This document shows positions 50,320-61,000 of a DNA stretch of 64,000 bases, piece by piece. Source of the stretch: Basidiobolus meristosporus CBS 931.73 (taxonomy: Eukaryota; Fungi; Basidiobolomycota); assembly GCA_002104905.1 (NCBI GenBank), contig MCFE01000413.1:1-64000 (forward strand). The letters run 5' to 3'. The notes under the pieces are model-generated. The model was not told the origin of the DNA. It searched no databases and worked only from the letters and a program-made list of their open reading frames with translations. The first letter of the stretch is position 1; every line of letters starts with the position of its first letter. Both the position numbers and the translations under genes were made by a program.

Positions 50320-51752
50320 CATTCTGAAGATAAGTCAACTTGTATAGATTCCAATCTCTAATACCCAAAGCAATATGGGCACCATTTTGATCAGTAATCT
50401 TGCATTCAGAATTGTCAAAGCTGAAACTGAGTCCTTCTGCATTGGCCTTTCTTACCAAAAGTAGGTTCTTGGATATTTCTGATACATAGAGTACTTCTTT
50501 GTTGGTAAGTGTGTGGCTTCCTTCTCTGCTTCTATGGCTTACTAGGATAGTTCCTTCTCCCACTGCAACAAGCATTTGATTGTCACCCATGAAACCCTTC
50601 TCAACTGGAACTACTTGATGTTTGTAAAAAGAACTTTCTGGTGTGTAAAGTGTTGAGATACTCTCTAGACAGTATACCACTTCACAGAATTCCTGTTTGT
50701 GGTCATACTTAGTGCAGATATGAATAGTCTATCTTCAGTTGTTGCAGCATTGCCATACTTAGGTATCTTCTGCTTATATCTCTCTTTTGGTGGCACTTGT
50801 CTAATATGTGTCCTTTCTGTTTACAGTGGTAGCAAAACAGGTTGCTGTTGCCTTTAAAGGGTCCTGAGTATGTTCTTTGTTGGTTATCATTGCTTATTAA
50901 AGAATCCTCCCCTTCCTTCTTATTGGCACTTGATTCTACTCAGTAGCTGGTACACCTGCAGATTCCATCTCATTCTCCTGCAGGGTAATTTTGTAATTAG
51001 ATTTTTTATTTCATCTCCTGGCAGCATCTTTGTATTAAAGAAAAATTGTCTAAGATACATCTTCTTAGCAGCTGAAAATAACTGGTATGTATCTCTGATG
51101 CCTTCCAGGCATTCTTTGCCAGTTTTGCCCTTGAGAATTGAATTAGCAATTTGTCATTAATGTTGTGGCAATTGCTGTAAAAGGCACTTTATTCTTTTTG
51201 CAGTACTTTGAGGCCTTCTTTCCCATGTTCTGAGCAGGTCATTCTTCTCCCATGATGATATCCCAAAGGCCTCTTTTGTGCAGCAGCATCATCATCTTCA
51301 ACTTCCATATTTGATAGAGAGAATCTTCCCACTTTTCAGCGGAGGGAATAAATGCAGTAATAACAGTAGTAGACATAGCAGAGAGTACAGCTCTGGGCTT
51401 ATAACCTGTTGTAAGTGTCTTGGAGATACTGGAAGTGATATGATAGGATAAGTAGATTCTGTGGTTTTCACTGAATGATATATTGAATGTAAAGGTATCA
51501 TTTATATCACAACATTCTCTTGCAATAACAAACACACAGAATAAGCTTGGGAAGACCCCAAGAAAGTTTATACAAAGTTTGGGCCTGCTTAGAAAACCTT
51601 GTAAGTGTCATGTTTGAGTGCCTGATATTTGGGGAAAAAATCCAGGTGAATCCCAACATGGAATTTGGTCAGTTTTTCTCTAAGATTTGTAGGTAATGAT
51701 CTAAGTGACTAACTTAGGTGAGTACTTAGTTGGATTTACATGTGTTTACAAG
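50320..51752 (-). mobile_element. Copia family 2, 5' LTR (51407-51752) plus gag/protease, 3'-truncated
   Basis: PBS ggttataagccc next to the LTR; FIPSAEKWEDS.YQIWKLKM.MLL..RGLWDI gag start; protease-region homology to 3600-4050. Confidence 0.85.
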
Positions 51753-51759
51753 AGTAAAA

Positions 51760-54700
51760 AGGGTAAACAATTCAAACCAGCTGGCACTATGATGGCCTCA
51801 TTGCAGCATCTAGATGGCTGAATCAGATGAGGTCCACCCATGGGACCAAGCTATTTCCATAGGTATCTCTCTTTTGAGGGACTGGTGTGATCAGCTTCCT
51901 TTCCTATCACAGTAGACACACAAAAGGTTGCTTCTTTGATTTATAGTTCTTACAAGATATGTGGAACTTGGAATACAGATGATACTTTTGTGCACTTGGT
52001 TGCCCATGTACTAAAATAATTTAGAACTGCTAGGTCTTGAGTATTGTTGATATTCACCAGGAGCCTTACATGACCTAGTTTTGTTGTAAGTATTTGTAAT
52101 TTCATCTAAATATTCAAATAATGTAGTCACTCAGATCATTACTTTCAGATCCCAGAGAATACTGGCCATATTCCTTGTTGGGATTTACTTGAAATACTTT
52201 TGCCAAAGTATCAGGCACCCAGCAGATGAAGATTCTCAAAGTTGTCCAAATAGCTCCAGACTCTGCACACATGTTCTTGGGACCTTTTAAGCCTATTCTA
52301 TGCACTTCTTATGCCAAGACCATGTAAAATAAAAATACTACTTTTACATTCAATAAGTCATTAAGTGAGAACCACATAATCACGTATCCTCCCAATCACT
52401 TCCAATAGCTCTAAGTCTCTTACCACAGGTTATGACCACAAAGCTCTTACTCTCTGCAATGTTTACTTTTGCTATTACTGAAGCTTTTCCCTCTGCTGAA
52501 TGGTGGGATGGATCTAACTACCAAATGTGGAAGGTGAAGATGAAGATGCTGCTGCAAGAAAGAGGCCTTTGTGATATTGACATGAGAGAAAAATACCCTC
52601 CCAACAATGTAGTAGAGGAATCCTTGGAGTATCAGGAGTAAGAACAAGTGCCTTTGATGGCATTTGCCTCAATGGAAAAGAATGTATGGAAGGCATCAGA
52701 AGAGCCATACTGGTCATCTTCAGCTGCTAAGGGAATGTTTCTTGGATAAAGTTTTTTTCATACAAAGATGCTGCCAGGAGGATAAGAATAAATCTTGATA
52801 ACACAGTTACCTTGCTGGTGTACAAGATGGATTCTATGGGTGTACCAGCCACTGAGATGTATGTGAAAGTAGCCATCCTGAATAGCCTGAGAGACAGGTT
52901 TCAGGGCCTTGTATCAGCCCTAGAGTCCAGAACTGAAGATTTCACCTTAAATTGCATATATAGAAGGCCCCTGGATGAAGAATCAAGTCATTCACGGACC
53001 AAATAAGAAGGAAGAAGAAAATGCTTTAGGCAAGTATAGGGCACTTGATGCAGTGGGAGAAGCAATTATTCAAGTAAATCTTCAAAGCAGTGAAGGAAGC
53101 CATACTTTTACCTTCCAAGAAGCTCACTCTGGACCAGAAATAGCCAAGAACCTATTATATATTAGGAAGGCTACTGTTTAAGGACTCAGTTTCAGCTTTG
53201 ACAATTCTGGATGCAGAATCACTGATCAATATGGTGCCAATGTTGCCTTGGGTATCAAAAACCAGAATCTTTACAAGTTGACTTATATTCCTTCATACCT
53301 GTAAGCCCATATTAGTAGCTTAAATGCCGAAGCATTGATGTTTTGGCGCAGAATACTTGGACACATCAGTTTTAATTATTTTTGCAAAATGATCCAGGAT
53401 CAATTAGTTTCCAGAGTACAGTTGATTGTCCAGTTAATTGGGAGCACTATAAAGCCTAGATACATAGAAAACATGCCAGACAACTTTCCAAGAGCTCTGG
53501 GCCAATTAAAACTGAGAAAAAACTAGATCTAATTCACTCTGATCTGTGTGGCCCTATGCATAAGTTATCCTTAGGTGAAATGAAGTATTGAATCACTTTT
53601 ATTGATGACTATACAAGAAACATGGAGGCCCACTTCATGGAGAAAAATGAAGAAGCTCTGTCTAAGTCTAGGGAGCTTAAAGCCATGGTGGAAAGAGAAA
53701 CTAGTGAAAAAATCATGAAAATATGCTGACAGCAGTGGGGAATATACCCCAAAACCCCTCATCCATTACTGCAAAATTCACAGGATAAAGCAAGAAATTA
53801 ATCAATCATACTCCCCATAGTAAAATGAAGTAGCAGAGCAAGTCAAAAGATCAATAATAGATATAGCAAGATCTATGATGCATGATCAAAAATTATCCTA
53901 TGATATTTTTGTGGATCCAGTTGCAACAGGTGTATACCATAGAATATGAGTTATAACAGAATATTTTGTGATTCTACTCCATTTGAAGCATGGTATGGAT
54001 GCACACCAAGTGCAGGACATCTCAGAATACTTAGGTGTACCACACATGCCCAGATATCAGTCAAACTTTGAGCCAAAAAGTGTAAATGCAATAAAGCATG
54101 CAGACTCTGCAATACCAAGGCAAAGAAGCAAATCAAGTCCAGAGATGTGTTGCTTGATGAAAGTTCAAAATTGCAACATAAAATGACAACAGATGATGAC
54201 AAAATCTGATTCTAAGTCCACCAAATGTCAGGATTAAATCAGAGCAAAACAATGAAAAGTTTTTCACTCCAGAGCACTCTGCAACCATGGTTCATCCTAA
54301 AGCAGCACCCAGGAATATCCCAAAAGTGAATATTCCAGTATCAAATTCCCAGGGATCCAACAGGACAAGAAATAGCCCAAATTATTACATCAGTGAGGGT
54401 ACAAATTTAGCCTATGCCTATTTAGTCCATATTGATGAACCCCATACTGTAAAAGAGACCATAGATAGCCCTCAGACAAAGCTTTGGAGATCTGCCATGA
54501 CTGAGGAATATCAGGCCCTGATGGAAAATCAAACTTGGAACTTGGTTGAATTACCAATCAACCAAAAATCAATTGAGTGCAGAGGGGTCTTTTAGACAAA
54601 ATACTAGGCTGATGGTACAACTGAAAGATTCAAAGCAAGACTTGTGGCCAAAGAATACTCTCAAACAGAAGGACTTGACTATACTGAGGCCTTTGTACTG

Positions 54701-57108
54701 GTAGCCAAGTTTAATTCCATCAGATTAATGTTGGCTATTGTGGCCAAATATAAGTTTTTTATTTATCAAATGGATATAAAAACTGCATTTTTGAATGGAA
54801 AACTAGATGAGTACATGTATATGGACCAGCCTGATGGATTTGCTGACCAAGATTACCCCCATTGTCTGCAAGCTTGAAAAGTCTCTATATGGACTCAAAC
54901 AATGACCACTAGCCTGGAATTGCAAAATAGATTCTTATTTGAAATCTTTGAGTCTCAAAGGAGTAATGCTGACTATAGTTTTTACTATAAGCTAGATAGA
55001 GCAAGTCCAGTTCTATTAGCTCTTGATGTGAATGATCCTATTATAGCCACCAATAACCTAGAAACACTGGAAAAGACTAAATCCAGCCAATCTAAAGAGT
55101 TTGAGATGTCCAATCTAGGAGAAGTTGGTTGCTACTTAGGGATAGAGTTCTCCATAAATAGTAGTACCCAAACTATCACCCTAAGCCAATCCAAGTATAT
55201 TTGAGATATACTGAAGAAGTACCAGATGGCAGACTGTAAACCAGCAGCTACCCCAATGGAGACAAACCTTAACTTGGTCAAAGCTCAACCAAATCAAGTG
55301 GGCTTGGTGTTGTCTGAAAGCCCTGAGTTTTCTAATAAATCTATGGTCAGCAGACTGATGTATATCATGCTTGGAACATGTCCAGATATCTCATATTCAG
55401 AGTGAGTTGTCAGCCAGCAAAATCAGAACTATGGATTTGATCTTATTGTAGCAGTTAAGTGTATTTTTAAATACCTAAGAGAAACTGCTGATATCTGCTT
55501 AGGGTACACCTATAAGGATTCAGAACAAGATCTTGCAGGATACTCTGATGCTGATTGGGGACAAAATTTAGAAGATGGAAGATCCACCACTGGATACACC
55601 TTTCTTTACCCTGAAAGAGCAATTTCATGGAATTCAAGGGAGCAACCAACTGTAGCACTTTCTACCACAGAGACAGAGTAATATGACAGTCTGTGAAGCT
55701 ACAAAAGAAGCAATGTGGTTAAGGAAGCTTTTTAGAGAATTAGGCTTATGTTAAAAAATGCTTATTACTTTATTTCAAGATGAACAAGGATGTATATAGT
55801 TAGGTAGAAATCCAACTTTTCATGCTAGAACTAAGCACATATATATTATACACCATTTCATATGTGAAGCTATAGAGGATAACCTGTTTGACTTAGCTTA
55901 CTGTCCCACAGATGAAATGATTGCAGGTATACTCAGCAAACCATTAGCTAGAGACAAGTTTGAATATCATAGGTCAAAATTAGGACTAGTCAGTATGAAC
56001 ATTTAGTTGAGTGGCTGTGTTGTAAGAGCTTGCAATTTCACCTAAATATTCAGCTAGCCTAGTCACTTAGATCATTACCTTCAGATCCTAGAGAATACTG
56101 ACCAAATCCCTGGTTGGGATTCATTCAGAATATATTCACCAAAATATCAGGTACCCAGAGCATGAAAATTCACCTAGTTGTCCAAACACCCCCAGGCTTT
56201 GCAAGCATGTACTTGGGACATTCCTAAACCAATACTGCATGTTTGTTATGCCAAGACCATGTAAAAGTATAAATACTAATTTTACACTCAATAAATCATT
56301 AAGTGAAAACCACATAGTCTGACAGTCCTCCTAATCACCTCCAATTTCTCCAAGTCTCTTACAGCAAGTTTGAAGTCTCATTTACAGTTCTGTGCTCTAC
56401 AGCTGCTACAAGGCCCTGAGACTCATCTTTCAGGCAATTTTGCAGGGCATCAATGATTTTTATATCATCTCCTTGCACTTCAGCTGATTTAATCTTGTCA
56501 AGCTGGATAGTAACTCTGCTAACCAGATTTTGCATCACTTTGCCTGCCAGTACTTAGTAGTGAGGAGTTCCTGCTTCAGATATACTTTGAGAGGGCACTC
56601 ATCTCCAATGATGACATCAGCAAGGCTATTTTCTTGCAGCATTGACTTCATCTTTGTCTTCCCCATAGGGTAGTTAGATCCATCCATGTTCTCAGTGGGT
56701 AGGAAAATTCCAGAAATGGTAGTAATGGACATCTCAGCAAGTGACAGCTTAATTCTCATAACTTGTTGTGGGAGTTTTGAAGTTACTGGAAGTGACCAGG
56801 AGCACAAACTCTTTATATTGCTTTCACTCAATTGTTTATTGAATGGGAAGTAGTGTTTGTGATTTTACATGATGGTGGTGGGACAACCATTTGGAGCTTA
56901 CCCACAATGGACCCATGAGCACCTGTTCAAGAGTTTGAGGTAGCTTGGACAGCACTGAGACTTCATCCTGTCCTGGCCATGTGATATATTGGTGGGATAT
57001 TCTATGAAAATTCCAACAAAGAGTTTGGGCAGAATTCTCAATGATTTGTAGTCTATTTTCCAAGTGACTAAGTTGGGTGAATATTTGGGTGTGAGTACAG
57101 CATCTACA
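51760..57108 (-). mobile_element. Old copia family 2 element (5' LTR ~56766-57108, gag), split by element C
   Basis: LTR tgttgtgggag...ctacaaca with a ctcataac PBS remnant; gag FLPTENMDGSNYPMGKTKMKSML; gag-like sequence continues on both sides of the 52082-56366 insertion. Confidence 0.6.
52082..56366 (+). mobile_element. Copia family 2, element C, both LTRs (52082-52427 and 56018-56366), TSD AGTTT, heavily degenerate gag-pol
   Basis: agttt|tgttgtaag ... ttacagca|agttt; PBS-like ggttatgacc at 52428; FPSAEWWDGSNYQMWKVKMK gag, AKEYSQ.EGLDY, MDIKTAFLNG RT, RNase H remnants; the two LTRs are visibly much more diverged than those of element B. Confidence 0.9.
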
Positions 57109-57189
57109 ACATGTATCTCATATACAATGATGGAAATGTGGAGAGATGGATACTTGCTGGATGCAGGCCTGGTTGGGGTGGTTTGAGAG

Positions 57190-57300
57190 ATTTTGAGAGG
57201 TTTGGTCACCACTGGCATTTCCACTGCCACCAAAAATTGCAGAGTGTCATTATGGAAGCACATGATGCTGGTCATTATCAAGCACACATCAGAGTAAAAT
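57190..57300 (+). mobile_element. Gypsy integrase zinc-binding fragment
   Basis: KLQSVIMEAHDAGH resembles the integrase H2C2 motif IL.EAHD..GH. Confidence 0.4.
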
Positions 57301-57379
57301 CACCCATCATAGGAACAAACAAGATGTAGTCTAAAATGATACCATGCAGGATAGTGAGGATATGTGGCTTAGTCACTTA

Positions 57380-57927
57380 CAGACCATGTCACCGGCGGGG
57401 ATGCCATAGCAATACATTTGGAATCCATGGGGGAGGGGTGTGACATCGAAGTGCCCTGCGTGCTCTAACAGGAGGTGGGTAGACCAAGCCAGCTGATGCA
57501 TGTGGGCGGGTCTGGGGATGACAGGGCTGGGGAGCGTGCAAGAGTGGAGCTAACCGCAGACCCTGGCCGGCAACCCAAATCGGGGGTCTATCCAGATGGA
57601 GGCCGGATTGCGGAAGGGCCGAGATCGTGATCACGATCGCGACCTTGATCTTGACCATTCTAAGGTGAACCGTAGGCTACGGATTAGTCAGGGATTTGAG
57701 TTGTCAGGAGTGAGGTTCGTGGGCCACTTATCGGCCACATCCCTCTCCCACCAATTCCCTCCCTAATCAACCAGGCTCCAAGAGGATTCCCCACCGCCTT
57801 CTCTTTTCGCCCTACACGCTTAGTTTGTACATTACCTAATCCACGCCAAGCGGTGACGATTCCCCCTACCTCTTCCATCTTGGTCTTAACGTAGCTTGTC
57901 AGTTCTCCACCACCTCACACATACACT

Positions 57928-57959
<32 letters not shown>

Positions 57960-58010
57960 AACACAAACACACAAACCCCTTCTACCCCCGCCTAACCATA
58001 TTCCCTTGCG
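57380..58010 (+). promoter_or_regulatory. CpG-rich upstream region (probable promoter/5' UTR of the GHKL-DUF3684 gene)
   Basis: CpG reappears abruptly near 57390; pyrimidine-rich tracts and an AC-rich repeat lie just before the ATG. Function is inferred from position only. Confidence 0.5.
57914..57974. repeat. Imperfect (ACACAT)n/(AC)n microsatellite
   Basis: tcacacatacacttacacatacacatacacatacacacacacaaacacaaacacacaaa. Confidence 0.9.
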
Positions 58011-61000
58011 ATGGACCTAGACCTATCGGCGTTCAAGTCCTTGGTCATCCACGACTCCGCTGCGGAAGAGCGGGTCCAGGTGAACCAACGCCATCTGATC
58101 GACAAGATCCTGGCCAGATACTCGGCCCCGTTCACCATCTATCGGGAGTTACTTCAGAACGCCAATGATGCCGGGGCGACGGAGGCGAAGATCCACTTCC
58201 GGACCAAAACCCCCGACGACGCCCAGTCGAACCCCAACCCTAACCCCAACCCCAAACCAAAACCCTTCACCAAGGAGTTCTTCCGAACTAACTCCTCCGA
58301 GCCGAAGGAGAGCAACCCCACCTCCTTCGACCCGAACGCCTCCTGCCACACCGTGCTCTTCCAGAACAACGGTCGCCCCTTCCAGCCGGAGGACTGGAAC
58401 CGACTGAAGAAGATCGCGGAGGGGAACCCGGACGAGCAGAAGATCGGGTTCTTCGGGGTGGGCTTCTACAGTCTGTTCTCCATCTGCGAGGAGCCGTTCG
58501 TGGTGTCGGACCAGGAGTGCATGGCGTTCTTCTGGAAGGGAGACCAGTTGTACACGAAGCGGCTGGCGGTCCCGGAGCCCATGAGGCAGCTCGGTGGGTG
58601 GACCACGTTCTCGTTGGACCTCCGGGAGCCGGTGACCGTGCCGGAGGTCGAGGAGTTCGGCCGGTTCCTGGCGTGCTCGATCGCGTTCACCCAGAACCTG
58701 CGCTCGGTGTCGCTGTACCTGGACGACCAGCTGCTGGTGAAGGTGAGCAAGAAGGTGTCGGAGCCGAACCCGCTCTCCTGCACCCACCCCACCGGACAGC
58801 GCCTCACGAACGAGGCTTGCCAGTCGCTGCACACCCGGTCGCCCCACGGGGTGTTCCAGCTGAGCGCGGTGTACGGGCTCCAGGTGCAAATCGACGCCGA
58901 GTACCTCAAGTGCACCAAGACCAGCGGGATGTTCTGGAGTTCGGGGCCGAAATTCAGCCGCATCAGCTCCACCCTCTTCCTCAAGATCGCCCAGGCCCAC
59001 CTGACCACCCACGTCACGCCCGCGTTCGCGGACCAGATGGAGAGGACGACGAAGAAGTCCCCGCCCAAGACCACCCTCGTCCAGATGATCTACACCGGGC
59101 TCGAGGAGTACGAGGCGTCGATCAGCGTGCACCAGGACTTCCCCATCTTCCGGGACCTGCTCCCGTACCCCCACCAGGGGAAGGTGTTCATCGGGTTCCC
59201 CACCCACCAGACCACCGGGTGCTCCGTCCATCTCGCCGCCCACCTGATCCCCACCGTGGAGCGGGAGTCGATCGACTTCGTGGACCCCCACCTCGCCCGC
59301 TGGAACCAGGAGATGCTCAGCATGTGCGCGCTGCTGGCCCGGGTCCTCTACGACGAGGAGATCGCCGACATCTCCCAGCGGTACCTCCGCCTCGTGGACG
59401 GCCCCAAGCCCAAAGAGGGCAGCCCCAGCGGGGAGCCGGATCCGGCGATGACGTGGCTCGAGCGACGCTGCATCCACGCCATGACCTCCTTCTGCTTCCA
59501 CCCGGCCACGCCGATCAAGACGGTGGGGAAGCTGATGGAGAAGTGTTTCTTCGCCAGCGGGAAGGTCCCCCCGGGACTCCTCTCCTCGTGCGGCGTGAAG
59601 CCGTGTGACCAGGTGCGGCTCCCGGACCCGGAGCTCGTCCCCTTCCTTCGCACGACCCCCTACCTTCCGTCCAAGATTCAGAAAGAGGCTGGCGAGATGC
59701 TGAGCAGCCTGCAGGAGCGCTACCACCTGGTCAAGGTTGGCCTCCCCGATCTGATCCGGGACGTGAGTGGATATGCGATCACGGTAGATCAGGCGGTAGC
59801 TCTCCTACGCTGGTGGCTCGGGTTCAAGGAATCCCAAGGTCGCGGCCACCTTCCCCCGGAGCATGGGCAGCAGTTGTTGCGGGCCATCACCCTTCTGAAC
59901 CCGTTGCCCAGCTTCTCGCTGGGCAGCCCGGAGATCGGGGCCAAGGACGCGGTCGGGCCCACCATGCCGGTCGCGTTGGCGGAGTTCCGCTACTTCCTGA
60001 ACCCCAAGGTGGTCCACCAGGGTCTGCCGGTCCCCCAGGAGACCCTCCCGTTCGAACTCACCCGGCATTTCAACCAGCGGGAGCTGCGAGAGGCGTTCGG
60101 CACGTGGAAGGAGCTGACGCTCGCCATCTGGACGGAGCACGTCGTGCAGCAACACCGCTCGGAGCTCACCACCTCCCCGGTCTTCTCCGAGAAGATCCAC
60201 CATGTGCTCTACCGTGGGTTCTACCAGCAATCGCCGAACGACCGGGCCCTGATGCTTAGCCTGCTGGAGGGGGTGGCGTGCATCCCCACCCAGCTAGGCC
60301 AGCGCCTCCCCAAGGAGACCTACTTCAAGAACGTGAAACTCTTCTCCGACCTGCCCATCGTCCAGCTGGCCAAGTTCCCGAGCGGCATGGAGCGATTCCT
60401 CGGGGACCTAGGCGTGCGCACCCACGTGGACCTGCAGCTGGTCTTCGACCGTCTGGAGCATCTCAACTGGGACTTCATGAAGCTTCTCAAATACCTCGCC
60501 TCCGTGAAATCCCAGCTCTCGGAGGCGGAGATGGAGAAGCTGAGCCAGACCCCGCTCTTCCCCGCCCGGAGCCTCATCCGGCCAAAGCCCCACCAAAGCA
60601 CCGAGCGCCAAGAGCCAGGAGCCCAGCCCGCCGCCGGCTCGATTCAAGGCCAGCGAGCTGTACGCCCCGGTCGAACCCCTGTCCAACCTTGGGCTACCGG
60701 TGATCGCGTGGCCCGACAAGTGGCGCGACTCGTCGGAGGAGGCGAAGTTCCTTCAGAGGTTGGGTCTGAGAACCAACCCGCCGCTGGACAGGCTCATGCT
60801 GATCGCGGCAACCGCGGAATCCCCGGAAACCCGGATGAATGCGTTGAGATTCTTCATCGAGCACTTGCCTCCCACTACCAGTGGGTGTACCGTCGGGAGG
60901 AGATCCAGATCCCCTTGATTCCCTGCACCCGCCTTAGCCCCCGGCCGGGGACTGGGGACTCGATGGCGAAGGGGGCCACCCTGGGCGATCAGTTCACGAA

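Noticed and set aside
1-57380. Neurospora-type RIP (CpA to TpA) as the cause of TE decay
   Set aside because: The visible signal is loss of CpG with abundant CA/TG, which fits CpG methylation and deamination better. A formal dinucleotide analysis against family consensus would be needed to claim RIP.
57389-57658. Minus-strand ORF MVKIKVAIVITISAL... as a divergent gene
   Set aside because: Short, no recognizable domain, and it runs straight into TE debris; cannot be supported without expression data.
58228-58266. Telomere-like ccctaa/cccaac repeats
   Set aside because: Only one exact CCCTAA; the tract is in frame and encodes an NPNPNPNPKPKP linker inside the CDS.
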